Shown here piece by piece: positions 1-7,765 of a DNA stretch of 59,763 nucleotides. Source of the DNA: Desulfobacterales bacterium (GTDB lineage: Bacteria; Desulfobacterota; Desulfobacteria; Desulfobacterales; JAFDHS01). Below the pieces are notes generated by a model that worked only from the letters and a program-made list of their open reading frames with translations, was not told the DNA's origin and made no database searches. The stretch lies in the NCBI GenBank assembly GCA_030589165.1, contig JAUUWG010000002.1, positions 1 to 59,763 of the forward strand. The letters are read 5' to 3'. Position numbers and translations under genes: made by a program. How positions within the stretch are numbered: the first letter of the stretch is position 1; each line of letters opens with the position of its first letter.

Positions 1-96
1 GCCGATACCGGCTTCCCTTGCTATTTCATGTTGGGGCTTTTCACCCAACAACCCCTTTTTTATCACAGCTTCTTTCATTTCGATAGGATATCCCAT
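1..96 (-). CDS. Partial ORF (5' end only, runs off the window start) with a helix-turn-helix-like N-terminus, possibly an IS-family transposase OrfA
   Basis: Manual minus-strand translation from ATG at 96..94 gives MGYPIEMKEAVIKKGLLGEKPQHEIAREAGIG and stays open to position 1. The pattern resembles HTH N-termini of IS3/IS630-type transposases. It is too short to appear in the ORF track. Confidence 0.25.
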   Translation of the reverse strand, partial: MGYPIEMKEAVIKKGLLGEKPQHEIAREAGIG

Positions 97-149
97 CAAT
101 ATCACCTCAATGCCCCAGTGTTTAGTTCTCATTGGAGGCGACATCTATC

Positions 150-226
150 CTGCCACAGGGGGTCCGGGACATCACATGACAAACTGCCGGCTCAGAGGTT
201 CCACTCTATCCCGATAGGCGATCCAT
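150..226 (-). pseudogene. 5' fragment of a second RAYT/IS200-like Y1 transposase gene
   Basis: Minus-strand ATG at 226..224 is followed by an in-frame TAG after 6 codons. A 33-nt core (162..194) matches the 5' end of the intact gene (1882..1914, encoding EPAVYHVMSRT) with 2 mismatches. Similarity is lost after that. Confidence 0.5.
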
Positions 227-532
227 CTACGCAACCTTTAGCTTCGCTTTAGCCCATTGCCTTGCCATACGCTGCATTTCTTCTTCGTATTTCGGCCACT
301 CATGCAATGTTTCCGGATCAAAATCTGCCCCATTTGGCCACACCAAAGTGTGCAATTCTGGATTTATTTCAACTTGATTGAATTCGGTTTCGTCTTGCAA
401 TGGCCCAAATAGTGACCCTTCTAAAACAGGTCTAAAGTTTATAATTCGTTCCATATCGTCATCAAACTTTATCCGTAAAGTATAGGGTTTAATGATATCA
501 AAAGTAACAATCCGATAAATTTGATGTGACAT
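227..532 (-). CDS. DUF2442 family protein
   Basis: 101-aa ORF. N-terminus MSHQIYRIVTFDIIKPYTLRIKFDDD...NF and the WPNGADFDPETL motif are typical of DUF2442. It lies immediately downstream of a DUF4160 gene, the usual pairing. Confidence 0.85.
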   Translation of the reverse strand: MSHQIYRIVTFDIIKPYTLRIKFDDDMERIINFRPVLEGSLFGPLQDETEFNQVEINPELHTLVWPNGADFDPETLHEWPKYEEEMQRMARQWAKAKLKVA

Positions 533-563
533 TGTAAATTCCTTTCATCGAAGAGGTGCAATC

Positions 564-803
564 TTAAATGGTAGTTGCCCTGACTGTAGGCGTTCCCAAT
601 TCTCCTTGATGTAGTTCCGCCCATGCTTCCACAAGCCGCTGTTGTCTTCGAGATAATGTGCCACTTATCGTCTCAATAGTGTCAATCCCATAAACAGCAG
701 AGTGATTCTGATAGTATACATGAAAATGAGGTCGATGATGTGGTGCCCCAGGCTCCACATACATACAGATAATGACACCAAAAAAACAGGCAAGTTCAGG
801 CAT
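564..803 (-). CDS. DUF4160 family protein; the C-terminus appears frameshifted
   Basis: MPELACFFGVIICMYVEPGAPHHRPHFHVYYQNHSAVYGI matches the DUF4160 HxxPHFH core. The canonical C-terminus (KENWERLQSGQLPFKIAPLR-stop at 545) is present in a different frame from about 620 onward. Confidence 0.8.
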   Translation of the reverse strand: MPELACFFGVIICMYVEPGAPHHRPHFHVYYQNHSAVYGIDTIETISGTLSRRQQRLVEAWAELHQGELGTPTVRATTI

Positions 804-1028
804 GGATTTACCTCATAAGAGCAATTCGTAACATTTACTTGAGTTTTAGAATTTTATTCTATTGGCAAAATTTGTTGATTAAATCAATGTGTTTTACGAG
901 ACATTTTCGTCCGTCATTCCCGTGTAGGCGGAAATCCAGTAAAATTGTTTAATCAGAAAATTTGTCTCATCTTACTGTGAACAAACCGGCTTTTATATGT
1001 TCCGCGCCTCTACGGTAAAATTAAAACA

Positions 1029-1946
1029 TCATTCCGTCAACCGCTTCAACGAATAAATACCCCCCAACCCGTTAACCCGCCTGGGGATTTTATCCCTTCC
1101 GGATTGAAACAGATGCTTGAATTGCTGGTAATGGGTTGCCACAAAATCCTTGGTCCCAATGATTCCCGAATCGGTAAAATATCGCGTCCGGTATCTGAAC
1201 CGCTGCACCCGGTTCAGCTTAAACTCGTTTTCCCGCTCTTTTTCCAGAACCTGCGCATCAATCCGAGCGCCTTTCCCGGCATCGATTGCCCCGGCTTCAT
1301 ACACAAACCGGCGGTATCGTCTCAAGCGTTCGCCGGCATTCATGACGCCGAATTCCTTCAGCCCGAAATCCAGAGAGAGAAAGTTGGCTTTGTTCCCCGT
1401 TTGCACGTGATACCCGATGGAGTTCCAGCGATAGTCTTCCGGACGGTCAACAATCCCGGCTCTGACGGGATTCAGATCAATATAGGCCAGACAGTTAATC
1501 AGGGTCTCTCCATTTTCAACAATGACGCTTTTAAAGCGGTCTCCCCAGAAAAACCCCCGCCGGTTATGGCGTTTGTTGTAAAAGCGTGAAAACCCCAGTT
1601 TGATATCTTTGACAAATTCCGAAAGGCTGGACAACCGCTGCCTGAGCCAGGGGATCTGACCTTCGGCGAAATCCTCCTCTTTACCCGAAAACCGTTCATA
1701 CCGCTGCATCATCTGCCGGTCTGAAAAATCCGTTTCCGGCAGCATCCGCACCAGCAGGTGAAAGTGGTTGCCCATGCAGCAAAACCCAAGCACTTCCGTA
1801 AAATACAAGCCGCTGAATCGTTTAAGCAAATCGACAAAAAAATCCTTTTCCACATCGCCGAACGGAAACCCGTCCAGGGCCGTCCGGGACATCACATGAT
1901 AAACCGCCGGCTCACCGGATATCATCATACGAGCTATTCGTGCCAT
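1029..1946 (-). CDS. REP-associated tyrosine transposase-like (RAYT / IS200-like Y1 HUH transposase), long form
   Basis: 305-aa ORF with HUH motif GNHFHLLV and the catalytic-Tyr region AYIDLNPVRAGIV. No partner tnpB is adjacent. Confidence 0.8.
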   Translation of the reverse strand: MARIARMMISGEPAVYHVMSRTALDGFPFGDVEKDFFVDLLKRFSGLYFTEVLGFCCMGNHFHLLVRMLPETDFSDRQMMQRYERFSGKEEDFAEGQIPWLRQRLSSLSEFVKDIKLGFSRFYNKRHNRRGFFWGDRFKSVIVENGETLINCLAYIDLNPVRAGIVDRPEDYRWNSIGYHVQTGNKANFLSLDFGLKEFGVMNAGERLRRYRRFVYEAGAIDAGKGARIDAQVLEKERENEFKLNRVQRFRYRTRYFTDSGIIGTKDFVATHYQQFKHLFQSGRDKIPRRVNGLGGIYSLKRLTE

Positions 1947-1971
1947 CTTCTTTCTCCCCTTTTTTTAACAA

Positions 1972-2080
1972 TCTGAAACCAACTTTTATACAATAACTAT
2001 AAAAAAAATATGCTGTCAAACATTATTTACCTGTCACCGTTTTTCTTTTTTTGTTCTTAATATACCTGTCACCAGTTTTT
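1972..2080. repeat. Copy 1 of a local repeat family (AAACCAACTTTTATA ... ATGCTGTCAAACAT ... ACCTGTCACC(A)GTTTTT x2)
   Basis: Direct comparison with 2611..2683 shows shared blocks in the same order. The minus strand reads GGTGACAGGTAAATAATGTTTGACAGCAT, which contains a TTGACA -35-like hexamer. It lies between the hicB stop and the RAYT start. Confidence 0.7.
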
Positions 2081-2098
2081 GTTCTTTTCTTGCTTTTT

Positions 2099-2311
2099 CT
2101 ATGCATACATGAGTTTTCCGGCTGGTTCCGGTATGGGACGTCCAAGTTGGTGGGCGGTTTCAATCCATTCCTGAATGATAATCTCGGCATTTTTGACGGC
2201 TTCCTGATAGGTTGAGCCATCGGCCATGCAGCCCTGTAATTCAGGCACTTCAACGATGAAGCATTGGTCATCGTCGCTCCAGTAGATAACAAGTTCGTAT
2301 CGGCTTTGCAT
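2099..2311 (-). CDS. hicB: HicB family antitoxin (short UPF0150-type, no obvious DNA-binding domain)
   Basis: 70-aa ORF. YELVIYWSDDDQCFIVEVPELQGCMADGSTYQEAVKNAEIIIQEWIE is the HicB N-terminal fold signature. It starts 6 nt after the hicA stop. Confidence 0.85.
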   Translation of the reverse strand: MQSRYELVIYWSDDDQCFIVEVPELQGCMADGSTYQEAVKNAEIIIQEWIETAHQLGRPIPEPAGKLMYA

Positions 2312-2316
2312 GATTG

Positions 2317-2598
2317 TTACCTCGCCAGCTTGTATTTAAGAATCAGGTTTCGCACCTGCTTCACCTGATAAGCTTTTGCCTTGCCACCCAGCGGTTGCAG
2401 ATTGACAATTTCGGCCACACCAATCTTGCTGTAGATAAAGTGGTCACCCTTGATGCGCTCACTAAAACCAAGCGCATTGAGTATGTGGCGCAAGTCGGAA
2501 AACGGGATATTGTTGTCTGACGACCCACTAAGTATGCTAGCAAATATCTTGTCCAATTTCCCCACAGTTCCCCCATTCAGACAATCAAAATGCCACAT
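2317..2598 (-). CDS. hicA: HicA family mRNA-interferase toxin
   Basis: Only the C-terminal part of the 177-aa track ORF is HicA-like: SDLRHILNALGFSERIKGDHFIYSKIGVAEIVNLQPLGGKAKAYQVKQVRNLILKY. The start is placed at ATG 2598. A GTG at 2565 is an alternative start. Confidence 0.75.
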   Translation of the reverse strand: MWHFDCLNGGTVGKLDKIFASILSGSSDNNIPFSDLRHILNALGFSERIKGDHFIYSKIGVAEIVNLQPLGGKAKAYQVKQVRNLILKYKLAR

Positions 2599-2610
2599 TG
2601 AGTAGCATAA

Positions 2611-2683
2611 TCTAAAACCAACTTTTATATAAGAACCATGAAACAAGCATGCTGTCAAACATAATATACCTGTCACGAGTTTT
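2611..2683. repeat. Copy 2 of the local repeat family, upstream of hicA
   Basis: AAAACCAACTTTTATA (2614..2629), ATGCTGTCAAACAT (2649..2662) and ATATACCTGTCACGAGTTTT (2664..2683) are collinear with copy 1. Confidence 0.7.
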
Positions 2684-2767
2684 GTTCTCTCCCGTTTTTC
2701 CCGTTTAACATTCCGAATATAATCGTTGGTGGTCAATGATTTAAATGCCCCCAACCACATCCCCAAC

Positions 2768-2798
2768 TGTAGGGGCAATCCCTTGTGGTTGCCCCACA
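2768..2798. repeat. REP-like hairpin TGTAGGGGCAA-N10-TTGCCCCACA
   Basis: A 7-bp perfect stem GGGGCAA/TTGCCCC (2772..2778 and 2789..2795) is extended by TGT/ACA. This sequence class recurs in many genomes as an extragenic palindrome and yields spurious peptides of the GNHKGLPLQ type. Confidence 0.55.
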
Positions 2799-2810
2799 TT
2801 TTGGGTACCC

Positions 2811-2916
2811 TACGAATTCCTACGAATTCAACGATTCCATGAAAGAACATAATTTACCTGTCACCAGTTTTTTTTTGTCACCAGTTTTTTTTTTCTACGA
2901 ATTCAACGATTCCATG
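2811..2916. repeat. 21-nt perfect direct repeat TACGAATTCAACGATTCCATG (2821..2841 and 2896..2916), with copy 3 of the GTCACCAGTTTTT motif family between the two copies
   Basis: Exact duplication read directly from the sequence. A partial TACGAATTC is also present at 2811..2819. ACCTGTCACCAGTTTTTTTTT (2855..2876) and TGTCACCAGTTTTTTTTTTT (2877..2894) lie between the copies. Confidence 0.8.
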
Positions 2917-2942
2917 GATGAAATGATCCAATAATGCGCTTC

Positions 2943-3959
2943 TTATTCAATCAGGTTGAGTGTCAAAAGCGTCTCCCGCCAACCATCCTTCAGATGGTAA
3001 CGGGGTCGAAATCCAAGTTCCGTCTGTGCTTTTTCCCCGTTGACAGCCATGTCTTCAATCAGCTTATCGAGAAGATCCGGCTTCAAAGGAAAACGGATAG
3101 CGGTGATTTGCGTCAGCTTTTGCAACCCATAGAACAAAAAGCGTAAAAGTGCAACAGGGAGATAATATCGGGGACGAGATTTATCCAGCAGTTGATAAAT
3201 GGTGCGTTGAATTTCTTTGAGCGGATAGAAAGATCCATCGGTAATATTATAAATTTGGCCCGCAGCGCTTGGATGTTCGGCAGCAAGCAGTGCCGCCAAG
3301 GCGACATCCTTGTCATACACCAACGTTCGGCGGTTGCCGCCCGGACCGACCGGCACAAACCACCCTTGCCGAATCGCCTTGAGCATGTGCAAATAATTCC
3401 CTTTCATGCAGCCGCCATAGACCGCTGCCAATCGTAAGACCACAGCCAAGGGCGTATCGTTTTTTTTTCGTTTGGCATTCAGCGCTATCTGCTCTGCCTG
3501 ATATTTGGTCCGTTCATACAATGTCCGGGGATGCGGCGGGGACGATTCATCATAGATGACACCTGGACGGGAAGGACCGTATACGGAAATGGTACTGAAA
3601 TAAACAACGCGCCGGACATCTTGCGCGCGGGCGGCATCCATCAGGCATCGGGTGCCTTCAACATTGACGCGGTAATATTCATCTTCAAGGGCCGGATCCG
3701 GATCGTTGATATGCAGTTTGGCCGCCAGATGAAAAACCACGTCAACGCCCTGAAGGGCTGCATTCAAAGCAGAGCGGTCTGCAATATCTCCTTGAAAGAC
3801 TTCAATATCTTCGTTCTGACAATCCAAAGAGAGGGCGCGTCTGACATAAGCCCTGACACGATAGCGGTGCTCCAGCAGAGTTTGGATCAGTACCGGCCCA
3901 ATGCTGCCGGTGGGACCGGTTACAAGCGCAATCTTTTTCAAAACAGTCGGTAACCCCAT
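2943..3959 (-). CDS. NAD-dependent epimerase/dehydratase (extended SDR) family protein
   Basis: 338 aa. Rossmann motif VTGPTGSIG at the N-terminus, and catalytic YxxxK in YERTKYQAE. Confidence 0.85.
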   Translation of the reverse strand: MGLPTVLKKIALVTGPTGSIGPVLIQTLLEHRYRVRAYVRRALSLDCQNEDIEVFQGDIADRSALNAALQGVDVVFHLAAKLHINDPDPALEDEYYRVNVEGTRCLMDAARAQDVRRVVYFSTISVYGPSRPGVIYDESSPPHPRTLYERTKYQAEQIALNAKRKKNDTPLAVVLRLAAVYGGCMKGNYLHMLKAIRQGWFVPVGPGGNRRTLVYDKDVALAALLAAEHPSAAGQIYNITDGSFYPLKEIQRTIYQLLDKSRPRYYLPVALLRFLFYGLQKLTQITAIRFPLKPDLLDKLIEDMAVNGEKAQTELGFRPRYHLKDGWRETLLTLNLIE

Positions 3960-4723
3960 TTGTTAAAATAGCGAAATGCACTGGTCATAAATACGACGGC
4001 CCATTTCAATTCTTTATGCGCAGCCCTCTCCCATCGATGAATAATGCGCGCGTCCGGATGATAAACCGTACGATGGGTTCTCTGTACCCGCCGGCACAAA
4101 TCGACGTCTTCAAAGTACATGAAAAACCGCTCATCGAAACCCTTAAGTTTTTGAATCAGAGCCGTTCGCGCCAGCATAAACGCACCGGAAACAAACGGAA
4201 CATCGACGATCCGGTCATATCCGATATCACGCATCTCATAATAGTCCAATCTTTTTTTGAACATCTGTTGCAGCGCATGAGGGAAAAAGCGCCGTATAAA
4301 CAAGTCAAGACAGGTCGGATAGCGTTTGTTCAAAAACTGCAATGATCCGTCTTCGTTCAAAATTTTGGCGGTCATAATGCCGATCGCCGGATGTTGCTTC
4401 ATATATTCCAAAAGGATCTGAAAACATGCCGGATCAACAATCATATCGGCATTCATCAGGACGATATAACGGCCCTTGGCAACCGCCAAATTTTGGTTGT
4501 GATTGGCACCGTATCCTTGACGCAGCCGATTTTTTCGAAGGCGGATCTGAGGATAGTTTTTTTTGATAAATGCTACCGTATCATCATCAGAATTGTTATC
4601 CACAAGTAATATCTCACTTGAAATCGAACGTAAGGCAAGGAGCAAAGAAGGCAGCAGCCGCTCCAAATCCTTCCGGCTGTTATGGGAAATCAGTGACACG
4701 GATAAGTCAACAAATTTGTTCAT
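3938..4723 (-). CDS. Glycosyltransferase family 2 (rhamnosyltransferase-like)
   Basis: 261 aa. LSVSLISHNSRKDLERLLPSL...VDNNSDDDT and the FMYFEDVDLCRR motif are typical of the GT2 WbbL-like group. Confidence 0.85.
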   Translation of the reverse strand: MNKFVDLSVSLISHNSRKDLERLLPSLLLALRSISSEILLVDNNSDDDTVAFIKKNYPQIRLRKNRLRQGYGANHNQNLAVAKGRYIVLMNADMIVDPACFQILLEYMKQHPAIGIMTAKILNEDGSLQFLNKRYPTCLDLFIRRFFPHALQQMFKKRLDYYEMRDIGYDRIVDVPFVSGAFMLARTALIQKLKGFDERFFMYFEDVDLCRRVQRTHRTVYHPDARIIHRWERAAHKELKWAVVFMTSAFRYFNKWGYRLF

Positions 4724-4782
4724 CCTACCTGCTTTTCCATTCCATCAAGTGAACTTTTGCTTGGGCAACACCGATTTTGGCA

Positions 4783-4825
4783 TTTCAGGTCTGATTCAAG
4801 ATTAAGTCTCGAATCAGACCTGAAA
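4783..4825. repeat. 15-bp perfect inverted repeat (hairpin) in the intergenic gap
   Basis: TTTCAGGTCTGATTC (4783..4797), a 13-nt loop, then GAATCAGACCTGAAA (4811..4825). There is no flanking U-run on either strand. Confidence 0.8.
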
Positions 4826-4900
4826 CGGATGATGTTTATATCATAGCCTGTTCTTCAGAGCGGCTATGCTGGTCAAACTTTATCATAGTGATTAGATGTT

Positions 4901-5521
4901 TTATTCAGTTGAAACGGACTCGGTTTGTTCATCTTCATCAGACACTGTACCATTCGGTGGCTCCGAAGTGAAAGAAATGAGTTCAAAATTACTGGATGCC
5001 CCTCTTTGTTTCATTTCTACATCATAATACGTTGGACCATCGACAACCTGGACTACACCGATCGTCAAGACCGATTTTTTCAAATCGAAGCTGGCACTTT
5101 CTGTTTTTTGGGAGCTATCGTCGGATTGCGACGTGTCGCTTGAATCGGCTGGATCTTGAAAGCCATCGCTGGTTTGTGACGTGCTGCTGGGGTCGATGGC
5201 AAAGACCACCAGTTTGTCTTCATTGCTAGTAACATACGCATACGAACCTGAAACCACAACATTCTTGGCTCCGACTACGGCTCCGTCTACGGCGCTACCT
5301 GTAACAGGAATGACTGTTTGGACGGTGGGACTATTGATATCGAAAATTACAAGACCATCATCATTGGCAACGTACGCCGTTGTTCCGACCACATCAATCC
5401 CGTTCACCTGAACATCACCGATATCAATCGGCTGCTGATCCTCACATTGCGCGATATGGGGAGAAAAAACCCAAATGAGACCCAGAAAAAAAACTGCAAA
5501 AGCTAATAGTTTCCTGTTCAT
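4901..5521 (-). CDS. Secreted protein with LVIVD-like beta-propeller repeats and an acidic S/T/D-rich linker
   Basis: Signal peptide MNRKLLAFAVFFLGLIWVFSPHIAQC. Repeats are TTAYVANDDGLVIFDI and GSYAYVTSNEDKLVVFAI. Confidence 0.6.
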   Translation of the reverse strand: MNRKLLAFAVFFLGLIWVFSPHIAQCEDQQPIDIGDVQVNGIDVVGTTAYVANDDGLVIFDINSPTVQTVIPVTGSAVDGAVVGAKNVVVSGSYAYVTSNEDKLVVFAIDPSSTSQTSDGFQDPADSSDTSQSDDSSQKTESASFDLKKSVLTIGVVQVVDGPTYYDVEMKQRGASSNFELISFTSEPPNGTVSDEDEQTESVSTE

Positions 5522-5788
5522 GAAAAGCCCTCCTTAAATTTTTGATTTTAGGGTACATTATTGTAATTGCAGTATATTCACGACCGAATATGCTGTAAAG
5601 ATAACAGATAGACTAGGCCACTTGATGGCTGGGCAATCTGATCAAATTGCAATATGATTTTATGAGGGAATGGTGTTAGAGAAAAGCAGTTCGGCATATG
5701 CCGGTGGAAGGTTCTCTCAGAGGTTAATTAATTGCAACCCTGCTACCATATCCTCTTAATCAAAGCTTTAGGCCAGTGGCTTTGCGTC

Positions 5789-5804
5789 CTACTCTTTCGA
5801 GTAG
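5789..5804. repeat. Palindrome CTACTC-TTTC-GAGTAG
   Basis: Read directly from the sequence. It shares the core TACTC-N3/4-GAGTA with the palindrome at 5974..5996. Confidence 0.6.
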
Positions 5805-5876
5805 TTTGCCTTCATAATTATTTTTTATCTTTGGATAAGGCTATTGTCAAGAACTAATTTCCAGGAAACGCATTTT

Positions 5877-5904
5877 AAAAAAAAGCGGCTCGGTAGGAAA
5901 GCCG
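5877..5904 (-). terminator. Weak rho-independent terminator candidate downstream of the 6066..7691 gene
   Basis: The minus strand reads CGGCT-9 nt-AGCCG-C followed by T8. The stem is only 5 bp. Confidence 0.3.
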
Positions 5905-5973
5905 ACTGGAAATGCCGATTCATCCCCCACCGAATCAAAGATTCGGAAAGGGGACTTCTCGGCATAGGAGTTA

Positions 5974-5996
5974 AAATATACTCTTCGAGTATATTT
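5974..5996. repeat. 10-bp perfect palindrome AAATATACTC-TTC-GAGTATATTT
   Basis: Read directly from the sequence. The core is related to the palindrome at 5789..5804. Confidence 0.7.
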
Positions 5997-6065
5997 CGGC
6001 CCATTTGCTAAAAAACTTGAATCATATCTGCAGGACTTGTGGTATTCGCTTTTTTTCAACCGATT

Positions 6066-7691
6066 TTAATGCAGTTCATCATACAAAATATTGGACCATG
6101 TAAAAAAATAAGGCGAAGGAATGGAGAGAGAATTGTCAAAAATTCCGACCCAGTCCCCGTCAGCCGGTGTGGTGGCCGTTCCGTCGGCATTCGTATCGCC
6201 TTTGCGAGAATCATCCTTATACGATGTAAAATAGACCCCTTGGCCGTCACGATTCACGATAGCGGAAGCGCCATCGCCCAGAACCATCGCACTGCCCGCT
6301 CTAAACTTCAAAACAACATTATTCCCCATTGTAAGCGTGGCACCGGAATTAACCCAAAAATCATTGTCGTCAATCACAAAGGGCACTTCCGTCTCCTGCC
6401 AGCTGATCGCGCTGTGGATTTCATTGATCGTATCCACAAAAATACCGTTGTAAACGTTGGTTTGAGATGGATCGGCGGGATTGTGAAATATATTTGAATC
6501 ATCGATATCAAAATTTGTACTGGCGGAGAATGGACGAATATTGTCGTAGAAGATATTATTTCTTATCACCGTCCCGGCAACCGCGCTCTTGGCATCCAAA
6601 GCGCCATACCATCCCGTGGCGTCGCTGCCGTCATTATGCGCAAACGTACAATTGGTGACGGTTGCTCTGGAACCCGCCGATAAAGAGAGGGTCGAAGTAT
6701 ACGAGGTATTTCCGCCGTAATAGAACTCACAGTGATTAAAAATGGAACCGTTTAAGCCATTGGTATCTATGGTGCCCCAGTCTTTACGGGCCGGTTGGGT
6801 AGTCGCTCCATCGCCGTTAGTATCCCCTCCGTGGGCGTCATCTTTATAAGACGTGAAAATGATCGGCTGACATTCCGTACCGTCGGCGATGATGGTACCG
6901 GCCCCGCCCAGCGTCAGGAAAGGCCCTTCCGAAGGATGAAATTTGATGATAGCACCCGGTTCGATGACCAGGGTATCGTTAACGTAAAAGTCCCATGCCT
7001 TGATGACATACGTATTGTATCCCTTCCAGGTCGTATACGTATTGATATTCTCTGTGACCTCGATGACTTCGGATAGATAACAGGTAACCTGAACATCGTT
7101 TACATCCTGTCCTTCGATCGTTCCGGAGCAATTGGTTACAAGGCAGCGTTGGCCGGCCGGCTGCGATTTTACACTCACCTGGTAAGCGGTTTCATCAGTA
7201 AGCTGCCTGCCGAAAGTAAATGGACCGTCGGCCTGGATCGACAATTCATCCGAGCCGCTATTCTGCAGGACCAAACCGCTGCCCGAAAGTCCGGTTACGT
7301 TGCCGCCGATCGTATATCCCAAAATTCCGGTGCTTCCAAAATTATCAAGGACAAAGCTGAGAGTTGATGGATCCGTCAGCTTCAAATCGATCCAGTACGG
7401 AGCGCCCAGATCCAGACTGGGAATATGAAGTATACTGGTTAAAGAATTGTACGTGCTGCACTGCCCCCGGCTTTCAGTGCTGCCGAAGTTCTTGAGCTGA
7501 AAGGTGAAATTTGAAGCATCGATGAGCTCCAGATCCACCCAGTATGGAGTTCCCAGATCGAGACAGTAAACATGCAGCACGCCATTTGCTCCGTCATATC
7601 TAGCGCCCGGCTCAATCGTTTGAGCGGACACCGCACTGCAAAGCAGAAAAAAGATACTTCCCAAAATACCCAAAACCAGACGATTTTTCAT
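6066..7691 (-). CDS. Secreted protein: two N-terminal tandem domains, an Ig-like domain and a right-handed parallel beta-helix region
   Basis: Signal peptide MKNRLVLGILGSIFFLLCSAVSAQT. Duplicated segment LHVYCLDLGTPYWVDLELIDASNFTFQLKNFGST / LHIPSLDLGAPYWIDLKLTDPSTLSFVLDNFGST. Repeated motif DD..GGDTN(G/A)DG..TT.PA..DW. NxxF/NxT ladders typical of a beta-helix. Confidence 0.6.
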   Translation of the reverse strand: MKNRLVLGILGSIFFLLCSAVSAQTIEPGARYDGANGVLHVYCLDLGTPYWVDLELIDASNFTFQLKNFGSTESRGQCSTYNSLTSILHIPSLDLGAPYWIDLKLTDPSTLSFVLDNFGSTGILGYTIGGNVTGLSGSGLVLQNSGSDELSIQADGPFTFGRQLTDETAYQVSVKSQPAGQRCLVTNCSGTIEGQDVNDVQVTCYLSEVIEVTENINTYTTWKGYNTYVIKAWDFYVNDTLVIEPGAIIKFHPSEGPFLTLGGAGTIIADGTECQPIIFTSYKDDAHGGDTNGDGATTQPARKDWGTIDTNGLNGSIFNHCEFYYGGNTSYTSTLSLSAGSRATVTNCTFAHNDGSDATGWYGALDAKSAVAGTVIRNNIFYDNIRPFSASTNFDIDDSNIFHNPADPSQTNVYNGIFVDTINEIHSAISWQETEVPFVIDDNDFWVNSGATLTMGNNVVLKFRAGSAMVLGDGASAIVNRDGQGVYFTSYKDDSRKGDTNADGTATTPADGDWVGIFDNSLSIPSPYFFTWSNILYDELH

Positions 7692-7765
7692 ACCTATTCC
7701 CTCCTTCTTTCAGTGGTTTTAAAAAAAATGAGAATAACAAGACCTGATGAATTACCTTTTGTGGA

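Noticed and set aside
2599-2850. N-terminal 84 codons of the 177-aa track ORF 2317..2850.
   Set aside because: This part runs through the repeat family and the GGGGCAA/TTGCCCC hairpin, giving spurious peptides of the MWGNHKGLPLQ type. Only the C-terminal approximately 85-93 residues are HicA-like.
1972-2916. The repeats between small same-strand genes (DUF2442, DUF4160, hicAB) as integron attC sites.
   Set aside because: I could not find the R''/L''-L'/R' imperfect palindrome or GTTRRRY core sites. No intI is present, and the repeats are direct rather than internally inverted.
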